Counted from the first letter of the whole stretch, positions 1 through 10,302 are shown. The stretch is DNA of 58,948 bases, filler included, from 5 parts of 5 records of this genome joined end to end with filler, not necessarily neighbours in it; one strand, 5' to 3'. Notes: generated from the sequence alone by a model not told the origin. Translations and numbers: made by a program.

Positions 1-492
1 CTCCAGGCATACACCCAAACATTGCAGGAATCGAGGGAGCTCTTTCATAAAGCCACCATGAATGCAGAGAAATGCAGAGAATTTCATGATCTACTAAAAA
101 ATGCCGGAGATAGCTCTGCTACGATAAAGGCGTACAGGGCTGTTTCCGAAGTGATGATGGCTCAGGAAGCATGGAATCCTTTTACTAAACTCTCCCTGGT
201 TTTCAAGTACGATAAGCTCATGGAAATGGCAGTAGCTTCAGATCCTGATAACGTTGAGATCCGCTTCCTGAGACTTGCGATAGAATACAATCTTCCCTCT
301 TTTATCGGTGTGAGCAAACACATAAATGAAGATTTGATGGTGATTAATGAAAACATGAATTCCATCAGGAAATTGGGGATTGATCCTTCGTATGGTCGTT
401 ATATTTTCTGGTTTTTGGAGTCGACCAAGCTTTGCACAGAAAGTCAGATCACCGCCATGAAAGAAAGCCTCGGCGAACAAACTTCTTTTTAA
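1..492 (+). CDS. Hypothetical helical protein, 5'-truncated
   Basis: Frame is open from base 1 (LQAYTQTLQESRELF...) to TAA at 492. The 'DPDNVEIRFLRL...LPSF' motif resembles Bacteroidota hypothetical proteins. Confidence 0.7.
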   Translation, partial: LQAYTQTLQESRELFHKATMNAEKCREFHDLLKNAGDSSATIKAYRAVSEVMMAQEAWNPFTKLSLVFKYDKLMEMAVASDPDNVEIRFLRLAIEYNLPSFIGVSKHINEDLMVINENMNSIRKLGIDPSYGRYIFWFLESTKLCTESQITAMKESLGEQTSF

Positions 493-570
493 TAAATTGA
501 GTTAAGATAGTATGGTTCTCTCATTCGATTGAGGTGAATCCTAAGCTTTAAATGCATTAAAAAGAATAAA

Positions 571-1413
571 ATGAAAACAATACTCGTACCAACCGATTTT
601 TCTGATAAAGCCAATGATGCGCTGAACTTTGCACTTGAATTCAATGCGAAATTAGGAGGCAAGATCATTCTTATGCATGTATTGGATTTTCCTTCATCAT
701 CATTCAATACTGCTGGTGAAATGGACTTATCAGGTGCTGAAGCCTTGTATCACGCCGAATTTATCAAGGGAGTGCACAAGCGTCTGGAGGAGCTAAAAGC
801 TTCTGTGGAGTCTCATGGACAGGAGGTGGAAACGAAAATCAAATATGGCAATCCATATGTGAGTATTAGCAAGGAAATAGCTGAGGAGAAAGTAAACTAT
901 ATCGTCATCGGATCGGATGGTGCTTCCGGATTGAAGGAAGTGTTTGTAGGCTCTGTGGCAGAAAAGGTGATCCGAAACGCTGACTGCCCGGTCATCACTG
1001 TGAAAGGTCCCGCAAAAATCGCTGATATGAAAAGTTTTGTTTTCGCATCGGATTTGACTGCAGAGAACGATTTCATTGCGGAAAAAGCCAAGGAAATCCA
1101 GGAGTTGTTGGATTTGAATATGCACCTGCTCAAGGTGAAAACCCCTCACAACTTCCTAACAGATGAAGATGCGCACAAACAATTGGATGAATTTGCAGAA
1201 CGAAATTACCTGGACAGGTTTACCAAGAATACGATCAATGCAGATTACTCTGATGAAGGTATTGTTGACTTTGCTGAGGAGGTACAAGCGGGAATGATTC
1301 TAATGGGCACGCATGGCAAGACAGGCTTGGCTCACATTTTTGGCGGAAGTCGCGCAGAGGATGTAGCCAATGAGTCTAACATCCCTGTAATGACCTTCAA
1401 GATCAATCTTTAG
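571..1413 (+). CDS. Universal stress protein (tandem USP domains)
   Basis: N-terminal MKTILVPTDFS, central GSDGASG...VFVGSVAEKV, and a second domain MGTHGKTG...FGGSRAEDV. Confidence 0.95.
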   Translation: MKTILVPTDFSDKANDALNFALEFNAKLGGKIILMHVLDFPSSSFNTAGEMDLSGAEALYHAEFIKGVHKRLEELKASVESHGQEVETKIKYGNPYVSISKEIAEEKVNYIVIGSDGASGLKEVFVGSVAEKVIRNADCPVITVKGPAKIADMKSFVFASDLTAENDFIAEKAKEIQELLDLNMHLLKVKTPHNFLTDEDAHKQLDEFAERNYLDRFTKNTINADYSDEGIVDFAEEVQAGMILMGTHGKTGLAHIFGGSRAEDVANESNIPVMTFKINL

Positions 1414-2456
1414 AACTTTACAGCTTCAATTTTTTTAGGCTCGAGGATTGAGATCGTACTTCCGTTGATCTCGATCCACTTGTCTTTTTTGAATTCAGAA
1501 AGGATTCTGATCACAGATTCTGTGGCTGTACCTACCATACCGGCAAGATCTGCGCGTGAAATATCAAAGCTTACCTGCTCCTGATCATTGTTGTAGGTCT
1601 CATAAAGCTTCATCAGGGAATCGGCAGTACGCTTACGCACGGTGTTGTAGGCCATCTCCATGAGCTCATGCTCCCGTTGTGAAAGGTTCTTTGAAAGGAT
1701 TTTGATGAATTGACCTGAGACTTCCCTGTTTTTGAAGATCAGATCCTGAAAGTCATCTTTAGGAATCAACAACAATTCGGTTTCTTCCAGCGCTTCTGCA
1801 AATTCTGTTCGTGTATTGTCCTGAATCAGGGCCCTTTCTCCAAGAAAATCTCCTTCTTTCAGCAAGTCATGGATGAATTCTTTCCCATCTTCATTGATGC
1901 GATAGGTCTTCACTTTCCCTTTGATGATTTTATAAACATAGGAGCCAAAGTCCCCCTCCCGGTAAATAATGTCTTTCTTCTTGAAAATCCTTGTCTTTCT
2001 TTCCTTCTCCAGATCATCCAGGCTGTTGTATTTGCCTGCTCTATTAACGAGCTCATCCACATCCATGGCCTTGGCCAATCCATCGTATTTCTCGAGGCGT
2101 CTTTCGATGGCACCCAATAGTTCCATTTCTTCAAAAGGCTTGGTGATGTAGTCGTCAGCGCCCATGTTCATCCCTTTTCGGAAGTCCGCCTTTTCTGCTT
2201 TGGCAGTAAGAAAAATGAATGGAAGGGATGCTGTTGTTGGGTTCTTTGTAATTAGGTAGAGTACTTCGTACCCATCCATTTCCGGCATCATGATGTCACA
2301 TAAGATTAGGTCGGGGGGTGAATCAAGCGCCATTTTCACTCCTGTTTTTCCATCAGGGGCAGACTTTACGTCATAATTGGATAGCTCAAGGAGTTCAACA
2401 ATATTTTCTCTTACATCGTCCTGATCTTCGATAACAAGGATGCGTTTTTTGCTCAT
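1410..2456 (-). CDS. Response regulator: receiver domain fused to Crp/Fnr cNMP-binding and HTH domains
   Basis: RILVIEDQ...DLILCDIMMPEMDG...FLTAK...GADDYITKPF (REC), then IYREGD...GKVKTY...GDFLGE and SRADLAGMVGTATESVIRILSEF (Crp HTH). Start moved to the ATG at 2456 (MSKKRIL). Confidence 0.93.
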   Translation of the reverse strand: MSKKRILVIEDQDDVRENIVELLELSNYDVKSAPDGKTGVKMALDSPPDLILCDIMMPEMDGYEVLYLITKNPTTASLPFIFLTAKAEKADFRKGMNMGADDYITKPFEEMELLGAIERRLEKYDGLAKAMDVDELVNRAGKYNSLDDLEKERKTRIFKKKDIIYREGDFGSYVYKIIKGKVKTYRINEDGKEFIHDLLKEGDFLGERALIQDNTRTEFAEALEETELLLIPKDDFQDLIFKNREVSGQFIKILSKNLSQREHELMEMAYNTVRKRTADSLMKLYETYNNDQEQVSFDISRADLAGMVGTATESVIRILSEFKKDKWIEINGSTISILEPKKIEAVKF

Positions 2457-2581
2457 TTTGGGTGCCGCTTGAATTCTGCCGCTCAATTTAATAAAACCGC
2501 TGATGTTAGTCATTTATCTCGCTAAGGAATCTCATTAGAGAGGTGATGAACGGTTTGTTACTTTACTTAAAAGCTAAAAAG

Positions 2582-2785
2582 ATGGACTACTGGATCTACT
2601 TTGCATTGGTAGCAGCCGCCATTGCCATCTTTGCGATGGTGGATATTTCCATGAGACAGTTTCCTTTGAACCGAAAGCTGATATGGTTCCCAATTGTGGT
2701 TTTGATCCCATTTTTCGGACCATTGGCCTATTACATCAACAGGAAATCCCTCATTAGAAAAATTAAACAGGAAAAAGGAGCGTAA
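2582..2785 (+). CDS. Small membrane protein, PLDc_N-like
   Basis: Two hydrophobic segments with the KLIWFPIVVLIPFFGPLAYY motif. The 3' end overlaps the kinase gene convergently. Confidence 0.75.
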   Translation: MDYWIYFALVAAAIAIFAMVDISMRQFPLNRKLIWFPIVVLIPFFGPLAYYINRKSLIRKIKQEKGA

Positions 2786-4010
2786 ATGTGCTGCCCTCAT
2801 TTTGTTTGCTCTTGAAGGAAATTTCTCCTCCTAAAAGATCCATGTACTTTTTCACGATGGTTAGTCCAAGCCCCGTTCCCTGGATGTTGGTGACATTTCC
2901 GGCCCTGAAGAAACGCTGAAACATGTTTTTCTGCTCTTCTTTTGGAATGCCTATGCCATGATCGATGAAGTGCATCTCCAGGGCGGTTTTACCTTTCTTC
3001 ACTTCAATTTCAATCGGATCGCCAACATTGGAATATTTACTGGCATTAGAGATCAGGTTGATAATGATGTTTTTCAATATGTGTGGATCAGTGGTAATCA
3101 TGCTGCCATTACAATCATATTGGATAGACTGTCCTTCTTTTAGCAGGGGAGTAAGCTCTTCCACTACCTCTTCCAGCATCTCACCCAGATTGATCTCTTC
3201 ACTATCTACTTTTTGCGCACCGCTTTCCAGTTTTTCTATGGATAGAAAATCGTTTAGAATGGTCGTCAGGTTTTGAACGCTTTTCCTGATTCGTTCGACA
3301 TGTTTTTCTCGTGCTTCCTGTTGTTCAGCATCCGTGTACTTGGCTATCAAATTCGCTGAAGAAAGCACTGTTGTAAGGGGTGTTCGGAATTCATGACTGG
3401 CCATCGATACAAACCTGGATTTAAGTTCGTTCAGCTCTTTTTCTTTTTCCAGTGACTGAAGAATTTCCTGCTCGGCTTTTTTAAGATCGAGCAAACTTTC
3501 CTTTAAAGCTTCCTCAGCAATTTTCCTCTCCTGAATTTGGCTTTGAAGTCCCAGGTTCAAATGTTCTAGCTCACTCGTTCGTTCTTTTACCTTGAACTCC
3601 AGCCGCGAGGTATACTCTTCCAGCTTCTTTTCATTCTCCTTTCTTTGGGTAATGTCTGTTATGAAGGCAACTACCATCTTAGTCTTCTCATGTTCAAGAA
3701 AACTCAGGCTTATTTCAAGGGGGAAAGTAGAGCCATCTTTTTTCAAACCTACCAAATCCCTCCCCAAACCCATTTGCCTGGGAGTAGGGTGGTTGATATA
3801 ATTATTTCGATCTCCTACATGCTTCTTGCGGTAGCTTTCCGGGATCAACACTTCCACCTTCTGACCAGCCAATTCTTTTTCAGAATAGCCAAACATGTTT
3901 TCAGCTCGTGGATTCAACGCGGTAATGTCTCCCTTTGAGCTAAAAAAAATAATACCTTCCCCGGAGCTATAGAATAGCTTCGTAAGTAACTCCATTCCTT
4001 TATCAGACAT
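2763..4010 (-). CDS. PAS-domain sensor histidine kinase (FixL-like)
   Basis: PAS (NPRAENMFGYS...LIPESYRKKH...GLKKDGSTFPLEISL), H-box SHEFRTPL, N-box NLISNASKYS, G1 DHGIGI and G2 GTGLGL. Start is uncertain (4034 or 4010). Confidence 0.93.
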   Translation of the reverse strand: MSDKGMELLTKLFYSSGEGIIFFSSKGDITALNPRAENMFGYSEKELAGQKVEVLIPESYRKKHVGDRNNYINHPTPRQMGLGRDLVGLKKDGSTFPLEISLSFLEHEKTKMVVAFITDITQRKENEKKLEEYTSRLEFKVKERTSELEHLNLGLQSQIQERKIAEEALKESLLDLKKAEQEILQSLEKEKELNELKSRFVSMASHEFRTPLTTVLSSANLIAKYTDAEQQEAREKHVERIRKSVQNLTTILNDFLSIEKLESGAQKVDSEEINLGEMLEEVVEELTPLLKEGQSIQYDCNGSMITTDPHILKNIIINLISNASKYSNVGDPIEIEVKKGKTALEMHFIDHGIGIPKEEQKNMFQRFFRAGNVTNIQGTGLGLTIVKKYMDLLGGEISFKSKQNEGSTFTLLFPV

Positions 4011-4067
4011 GAGATATTTACTACTTAATTCCATGGGTAAGTTCTATTGGGAATTGATCGTTTGGAA

Positions 4068-4145
4068 TGATAAACCTACTAAACCAAACTGATTAAAAGC
4101 GAGGGGTTCTCTGATAAACTTCAATTTTCAAATTGACGAATGTCA
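4068..4145. promoter_or_regulatory. Four FNR-like TGA-N6-TCA (half-)boxes at 22-bp period in the divergent kinase/usp promoter region
   Basis: TGATAAACCTAC (4068), TGATTAAAAGCG (4090), TGATAAACTTCA (4112), TGACGAATGTCA (4134). A Bacteroidota -7 element TACTTTTG follows at 4169. Confidence 0.65.
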
Positions 4146-4194
4146 CTAGCTACTCTGAAACCCGCCTCTACTTTTGAATTCAAATCTCGACTTA

Positions 4195-4635
4195 GTGATC
4201 TCAAGCATACTCATACCCACAGACTTTTCGCCTGCGTCATGGAAGGCTACCCAAGTAGGATTGGAGATGTCCAGATTAAATAAGGACATCAGGCTTTCAA
4301 TCCTGCATGTGTACCCTGTGTCGAAAAACAAAAAGATCAATGAGTCGGCTGAGCCAGTCATTAAGGAAGTCAAGGATCGAATGAATAAGCTTGCGAAAAA
4401 CCTGACAGATCATTCGGAAGAGATCATCAAGAATGTAGTGCTGTCAGGTAATGTTGAGGATACACTGATTAAATTTATCAAAGAGAATAAATTTGATTTG
4501 GTCATCGTCGGAGTGAACAGCAATGGAGCCACCAATGAAATTGGTAGCCATACCGTTAGTGTGATAGAAAAAAGTGGAGTCCCGGTGATGATTGTACCCA
4601 ACAATCCTTCTCCTTATGGAGCTATTGCAAGCTGA
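4195..4635 (+). CDS. Universal stress protein (single domain)
   Basis: ILIPTDFS...FDLVIVG...IGSHTVSVIEKSGVPVMIVP. GTG 4195 is preferred because the TTG at 4174 lies inside the -7 promoter element. Confidence 0.9.
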   Translation: MISSILIPTDFSPASWKATQVGLEMSRLNKDIRLSILHVYPVSKNKKINESAEPVIKEVKDRMNKLAKNLTDHSEEIIKNVVLSGNVEDTLIKFIKENKFDLVIVGVNSNGATNEIGSHTVSVIEKSGVPVMIVPNNPSPYGAIAS

Positions 4636-6991
4636 GGAATTAACCTGCCATCATTGTGGAGATCCTTGTGATGAGTCTATCACCAGTGACGATCATCATT
4701 TTTGCTGCTATGGCTGCAAAGCAGTTTACGAACTTCTTGATCAAAGTAATCTCGATCAGTATTACTCAGAAACGTCTCAGGAAAACAAGTCCCTTTCCCA
4801 GATAAAAGCGGAAAGGAAGTATGCATTTCTTGACAATGAAGATATTCAAAACCAATTGCTTCGATTTAAAAGCGATGAGCTTTCGGTGATTCGGTTCTTC
4901 TTACCAGGTATTCATTGCAGCTCATGTATTTATCTGCTTGAGCATCTCCCCAAATTGGATTCTGCCATCCTACGCTCTGAAGTCAATTTTGTGAAAAAAG
5001 AGGTGGTGGTCACCTTCAATCATCACGAAAAATCCTTGCGTGAGGTAGCAGTCCTTTTATCGCAATTAGGATATCCTCCAGGGATTTCACTTGACAGTTT
5101 GGATAAGACCAAAAATCATGTGGTCAAATCCAAAGTAGGAACCAAAATCGCGGTGGCAGGTTTTTGCTTTGGGAATACCATGCTGATGAGCATGCCAGAA
5201 TATCTGGATAGCAATTTTCTGCTGACCCAAGATTTTAAAAGTGTCTTCAACTGGATCAATCTGGTGCTGGCTTTTCCTGTGATCCTTTATTCTGCCAATG
5301 ATTATTTCATCAAAGCCTGGAAAGGCATTCGATACAAGGATGTCAATATTGATGTGCCGATTGCATTAGGCATTATGACCCTTTTTGGAAGAAGCGTCTA
5401 TGAGATATTAACTCAGACAGGCATGGGTTATGTAGACTCGCTAGCGGGGCTGGTTTTCTTTCTTTTGATTGGGAAGTGGTACCAGGGAAAAACGTATGAA
5501 GCCTTGGCATTTGATCGTGATTTCACTTCATATTTTCCGGTTTCCATTACCTGTCGCATCGATGGCTCAGATGTAGCTAAACCATTGAAGGAGTTGGAGA
5601 AGGGGGATGTCATCGTCATTCATAATGATGAATTGATTCCTGCAGACGGGAAAATTGTGGAAGGATCAGGCTCCATTGATTACAGTTTTGTGACGGGAGA
5701 ATCTAAGCCGGAGATTAAAGCAGCGGGGCAACCGGTGTTCGCTGGTGGCAGACAGAAGGGTGCTGAATTGGTAATCGAATTGACAAAAACCGTTGACAAC
5801 AGTGAATTGACCAGGCTTTGGAATACAGAATCCTTCCAAAAAGAAAAGGCTGATCTTCACACATGGGTGGATAAGATCAGCAAGTATTTCACTTTGACAA
5901 TTATTCTAATTGCAGTGGGCACAGCTATCTATTGGAGTATTGCAGATTCTTCCATGATCTGGAATTCGGTTACTGCAGTATTGATTGTCGCTTGTCCATG
6001 CGCACTGGCATTGGTGCTACCCTTTGCCTATGGTCATGCCATGCGGCGACTTGGCAAATCAGGACTTTACCTTAAGAATGCAGAGGTTATAGAGAAACTT
6101 GCTTCCATCGATGAGATAGTTTTTGATAAAACCGGAACGCTTACTACCAGTGAAGCTGGGATTGGTTATCGGGGTGAAACAATAGAAGGAAGAGAACTGG
6201 CAGCCTTGAAGACGGCTCTTGGGAATTCGGCACACCCATTGAGCCGATTGATTCATCAGGAATTACCAGCTTGTGAGAAGCTCCCTGTGACCAAATTCAA
6301 TGAAGAAATAGGTAAAGGATTTACAGCCATGGTAGATGGATTGAGGGTCATGGTTGGTTCGGCCGAGTACCTGAATGTATCCGGGTCTTCAGAAGTTAAC
6401 GAGTCACAGGTCTACACGATTGTTGGCGATCGGGGAGGCTACTTTTCCATTCGTTCCAATTACCGTCCAGGTATTTTTCCATTGCTTGAAGATCTGAGAA
6501 AAAAGTACGGGATGCATCTTCTTTCCGGTGACAATGAATCCGAAAAAGAGCGATTGAACCCTTACTTCGATACGGTTTTGTTCAACCAAAAACCAATGGA
6601 TAAGTTGCATTTTCTTGAGGAAAAAGAAGGCAATCACCTCATGATTGGTGACGGCCTGAATGATGCAGGAGCTTTGAAAAACGCCACCGTTGGTATTGCG
6701 GTATCGGAGGATATTCATCAGTTTTCACCAGCATGTGATGCCATCATAAGCTCTGAGGAAGTAACGCAAATCCCTAAATTCCTATCGTTTTCCAAACAAG
6801 TGATCACTGTTGTGTTTGTTGCTTTTGGCCTGTCTTTTCTCTATAATCTTGTAGGGCTATCCTTTGCCATGACTGGCCATTTAACCCCTTTAATATCCGC
6901 GATCCTGATGCCTATTAGTTCAGTAACAGTGGTCGGATTTGTAACGCTCATGATTGGATTTTTAGGAAAGTCAATTGCCACCGGCAAATAG
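4616..6991 (+). CDS. ccoI: Heavy-metal P1B-type ATPase, CcoI/FixI family
   Basis: CHHCG...FCCYGCKAVY N-terminal domain, HCSSC HMA domain, TGES, CPCAL, DKTGT and GDGLND motifs. cbb3 oxidase genes lie on the same contig. Confidence 0.9.
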   Translation: MELLQAEELTCHHCGDPCDESITSDDHHFCCYGCKAVYELLDQSNLDQYYSETSQENKSLSQIKAERKYAFLDNEDIQNQLLRFKSDELSVIRFFLPGIHCSSCIYLLEHLPKLDSAILRSEVNFVKKEVVVTFNHHEKSLREVAVLLSQLGYPPGISLDSLDKTKNHVVKSKVGTKIAVAGFCFGNTMLMSMPEYLDSNFLLTQDFKSVFNWINLVLAFPVILYSANDYFIKAWKGIRYKDVNIDVPIALGIMTLFGRSVYEILTQTGMGYVDSLAGLVFFLLIGKWYQGKTYEALAFDRDFTSYFPVSITCRIDGSDVAKPLKELEKGDVIVIHNDELIPADGKIVEGSGSIDYSFVTGESKPEIKAAGQPVFAGGRQKGAELVIELTKTVDNSELTRLWNTESFQKEKADLHTWVDKISKYFTLTIILIAVGTAIYWSIADSSMIWNSVTAVLIVACPCALALVLPFAYGHAMRRLGKSGLYLKNAEVIEKLASIDEIVFDKTGTLTTSEAGIGYRGETIEGRELAALKTALGNSAHPLSRLIHQELPACEKLPVTKFNEEIGKGFTAMVDGLRVMVGSAEYLNVSGSSEVNESQVYTIVGDRGGYFSIRSNYRPGIFPLLEDLRKKYGMHLLSGDNESEKERLNPYFDTVLFNQKPMDKLHFLEEKEGNHLMIGDGLNDAGALKNATVGIAVSEDIHQFSPACDAIISSEEVTQIPKFLSFSKQVITVVFVAFGLSFLYNLVGLSFAMTGHLTPLISAILMPISSVTVVGFVTLMIGFLGKSIATGK

Positions 6992-6995
6992 TCTG

Positions 6996-7958
6996 ATGTC
7001 CGAGAGCGGATCAATCATTACGCCACTTATTATAGGCCTGGCTCTATTCCTTTACAGCATTAGACAGCTCTCTTCCACGCTGAGAAAAGTATTTACAGAA
7101 AGTGCCAAAAAAAGCATTGGGCAATATACAGACAACCTTTACCTGGGCTTGATCCTTGGCATAGGTTTCACATTCCTGATGGGTTCGTCATCGGCCGTCA
7201 TCATCATAGTGATCGTTTTCATCAATGCCAATTCACTCAGCTTCAGGCAGGCAGTTGGCCCTATAATGGGAGCGAACATCGGAACTACTTTTTCTAGCAA
7301 GATCATTGCCATGGACGTTTCGGAATATTCGTTCATCCCACTGGCAATAGGGTTACTTGTATACCTATTTTCCAATTCTAAGAGCGTAAAGCGTATCGGA
7401 AATGTCATCTTTTTTCTGGGCCTGTTGTTTTTTGGATTATTTCTGATGGAGGAGTCCATGTCACCTTTGAAGGACAGTCAAACATTTGAGGAATGGATTC
7501 TTTCCATCGATGGTGCATTGGATGGTGTCCTGATTGGCGGATTGGTGACCCTGATCATTCAGTCTTCCAGTGCTACTGTAGGGATAGTGATCACTCTGGC
7601 AAAACAGGGGTTGGTTCACCTGGATGCTGGAGTGGCGATCATGTTGGGGGCAGAGTTAGGCACCTGTTCTGACACACTCATAGCCACCATTCGGGGAAAG
7701 AGACAGGCTATCAAAGCCGGAGTTTTTCATCTGACCTTCAATCTATTGACCATTTTGATTGGTGTTTTACTATTCCGGCCTTTTGTTGATTTTGTAAAAT
7801 GGATTTCAGTATCGGATGAGATCAATGAGCAGGTAGCAAACGCGCATATGCTGTTCAATACATTGGGTGTACTTCTCTTTCTTCCATTTGTAGGAGTAAT
7901 GGTTAAAATGCTGGATCGGATTTTACCGGATACGGTAAGCCATCAAACGATAAATTAA
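6996..7958 (+). CDS. Na+/Pi cotransporter family protein
   Basis: GSSSA...IMGANIGTT and QSSSAT...MLGAELGT repeats with multiple TM helices. Confidence 0.9.
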   Translation: MSESGSIITPLIIGLALFLYSIRQLSSTLRKVFTESAKKSIGQYTDNLYLGLILGIGFTFLMGSSSAVIIIVIVFINANSLSFRQAVGPIMGANIGTTFSSKIIAMDVSEYSFIPLAIGLLVYLFSNSKSVKRIGNVIFFLGLLFFGLFLMEESMSPLKDSQTFEEWILSIDGALDGVLIGGLVTLIIQSSSATVGIVITLAKQGLVHLDAGVAIMLGAELGTCSDTLIATIRGKRQAIKAGVFHLTFNLLTILIGVLLFRPFVDFVKWISVSDEINEQVANAHMLFNTLGVLLFLPFVGVMVKMLDRILPDTVSHQTIN

Positions 7959-7978
7959 TCAGATTAAGCTGATTGCTT

Positions 7979-8812
7979 TCATGTTACAACAGGCAATGTC
8001 CCCGGCTGTCCCCATTCACTCCATGAGCCATCATAAACGCTCAAATCACTATATCCGGCGATATAGGCTGCCAGCAGAATGATGCAGGCAGTCAATCCGG
8101 ATCCACATGAAAAGACAAGACGCTTTCTATCCAATTGGAGAGGTTTGAGAAGTGACTTTAACTCTTGTTCAGATTTCATAAAAGCTCCATCAAGTACCTC
8201 CGGAAAAGGAAGGTTAACAGAGTTAGGAATATGTCCCCCTCTCATACCTTCACGTGGTTCTGGTTCGGTACCTTCAAAGCGACCCTTTGATCGGGCATCA
8301 AGCACAAGGATTGTTGGATCATCCAGATGGTCAAGGACGAAACCTGAATTGACAAAGCAGGAGGAAGTGAAAGAAGCTTCAAAGTCACCATTGGCAGTAG
8401 AATATGCTTTGTTTTCTGTTGGGTACCCTTTTTGAACCCATTCAGGAAGACCACCATTCAAGACATAGACTTGCTCATGCCCCATCGATTTGAGCATCCA
8501 CCAGGCTCGCGGGCTGGAATACACACCGTGCTGGTCGTAGATTACAACCGTGCTGTCCTTATGAATTCCCAGCGATCGTGCTTTCTTCTCAAATTGTTCT
8601 TCACCGCACATCATGTGAGGTAGCGGAATGGAAGCGTCTGAAAATAGGTGATCAATATCAAAGTATCGGGCTCCTTTGATCTGAAGGTCGCTATTCGGAA
8701 TATCCGTGATTGCGGACTTTGGTTTGGCTAAAGTCGCATCCAGCACGACCATATTTGGATCATTCAAATGGCCATAAAGCCATTCAGTACTTACAAGAGG
8801 GGAATGTTGCAT
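7979..8812 (-). CDS. sseA: 3-mercaptopyruvate/thiosulfate sulfurtransferase (tandem rhodanese)
   Basis: LVSTEWL, RAWWML, GHIPNSVNLP, CGSGLTAC and YDGSWSEW motifs. Confidence 0.92.
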   Translation of the reverse strand: MQHSPLVSTEWLYGHLNDPNMVVLDATLAKPKSAITDIPNSDLQIKGARYFDIDHLFSDASIPLPHMMCGEEQFEKKARSLGIHKDSTVVIYDQHGVYSSPRAWWMLKSMGHEQVYVLNGGLPEWVQKGYPTENKAYSTANGDFEASFTSSCFVNSGFVLDHLDDPTILVLDARSKGRFEGTEPEPREGMRGGHIPNSVNLPFPEVLDGAFMKSEQELKSLLKPLQLDRKRLVFSCGSGLTACIILLAAYIAGYSDLSVYDGSWSEWGQPGTLPVVT

Positions 8813-8820
8813 GCCGAAAG

Positions 8821-9114
8821 TTAGGCCTTCTCAATCGCCTTCACCAGCATGTGCTTGGGAATTGCACCTGATTGTCTCCAAAGCTGTTTGCCTTTTTTGA
8901 ATAAGATGAAAGTAGGGACGCCTCGAACACCATACTTGTGCGCAGCTTCCGGATTCTTGTCTACATCTACTTTAATGATCCGGGCTTTGCCTCCCATTTC
9001 CCGTTTTACCTGCTCCAGAATAGGCGCCATGGTTTTACAAGGGCCACACCATGTGGCGTGAAAATCCACCAGTACGGGCTGGTTCCCATTGATTAAATCG
9101 CTGAATTTCGACAT
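8821..9114 (-). CDS. trxA: Thioredoxin
   Basis: VLVDFHATWCGPCK and GVPTFILFK motifs. Confidence 0.95.
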   Translation of the reverse strand: MSKFSDLINGNQPVLVDFHATWCGPCKTMAPILEQVKREMGGKARIIKVDVDKNPEAAHKYGVRGVPTFILFKKGKQLWRQSGAIPKHMLVKAIEKA

Positions 9115-9143
9115 ATCAAATTGGAAACATGGAGATGAGACAT

Positions 9144-10217
9144 TTAGTTCTGGGTGATGGTGTAAAGTTCAAGCTCCTCCGATTTGCCACGAAGGCCGAT
9201 CTTTCCTATACTTTTTATCATTGTTTCGGCAAGGCTTAACCGGCTTTTCAGGTCAGCTGAAATCAGAAGATCAACCCCAAATTCATTGCATTTAGATTGA
9301 ATCCTGGCAGTGGTATTCAGGACATCCCCGGAGTAAGCTATTTCGCGTTTGATGACCCCAATTTCTCCAGCCATCACATAACCATAGTGAATGCCTGCTT
9401 TGAATTCTGGAAAGGCTTGGTATTTCTCCTGGAAATACGACTCCTCTTTGCTTAATAATCTTTTGGCCTCAAAGAAGCAATCAATGCAATGATTCTTGTC
9501 AAGTCCCTGGTTAACTGGCCAGCTAAGCACCATTTCATCACCAACGTATTGGTAGATCTCAGCCTTATGCCTTGCAACTGCAGGGGTAATTTTTCGAAAG
9601 GTATCCCTTAGGAAATGGAAGTATTTCTCCTCACCAAGGTGTTCAGCTATTGTCGTGGATGATCGAAGATCAAGGAACATGAATACCCGCTCTTCCCTGG
9701 AAGGGTTGAAATATTTTCCTAACAAGAATTTCTTGAACACGCCAGGGCCATATTTATCATCAACCAGGAAGGTGATCATGGTAAGCGTGACAATGATTAG
9801 CCAGAAAATAAACGGTACAACTAGTGTGCGTGCGACCAGCGCTTTGTACACTTCAATCCATAAAGCTTTATCAGTTATTGAAAGACCTGTATAGCCTATG
9901 TTAAAATAGACACTGGTAGGGATGGCTACCATGAAAAAAATCAGTGTGTAGCTAATAATGATATTTCTCAAAGCAACACCATAAGGCTTGGTCCGCAACC
10001 ACTTTTCCCATCCAAATACCAACATGCTTCCTCCAAGGATTCCGGCAAGCACTCCGGTAATAAGGCTCCCTTTGAGTGGAATGAGCGGACTTCTGTTGGA
10101 AAAATCGTAATCCATGTCCAGTAGTGTAGCCAAACCGATCAGATACTGGATCAGAGAGACCAATGTCCAGGCGATGGTGATTCGAAGAATTTTTTTAAGC
10201 TGACCTCTGAGAAGCAT
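9144..10217 (-). CDS. Membrane-bound class III adenylate/guanylate cyclase
   Basis: About four N-terminal TM helices, then FLDLRSSTTIAE, YQYVGDE, GIHYG and GDVLNTTARIQ. Confidence 0.9.
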   Translation of the reverse strand: MLLRGQLKKILRITIAWTLVSLIQYLIGLATLLDMDYDFSNRSPLIPLKGSLITGVLAGILGGSMLVFGWEKWLRTKPYGVALRNIIISYTLIFFMVAIPTSVYFNIGYTGLSITDKALWIEVYKALVARTLVVPFIFWLIIVTLTMITFLVDDKYGPGVFKKFLLGKYFNPSREERVFMFLDLRSSTTIAEHLGEEKYFHFLRDTFRKITPAVARHKAEIYQYVGDEMVLSWPVNQGLDKNHCIDCFFEAKRLLSKEESYFQEKYQAFPEFKAGIHYGYVMAGEIGVIKREIAYSGDVLNTTARIQSKCNEFGVDLLISADLKSRLSLAETMIKSIGKIGLRGKSEELELYTITQN

Positions 10218-10261
10218 AAAACCTATAATTCACGGTGATAAGTTAGGTAAGATGCAAGAAA

Positions 10262-10288
10262 AAAGGTTGCGGAGGACCCGCAACCTTT
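10262..10288 (-). terminator. Intrinsic terminator after hsp20
   Basis: AAAGGTTGCGG-AGGAC-CCGCAACCTTT hairpin with a T-run on the minus strand. Confidence 0.8.
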
Positions 10289-10302
10289 CAGGTGAGAATA
10301 CA

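Noticed and set aside
498-550. TGA-N6-TCA boxes upstream of the first usp
   Set aside because: Only degenerate matches occur (e.g. TGAGGTGAATCC at 530), without the 22/23-bp geometry.
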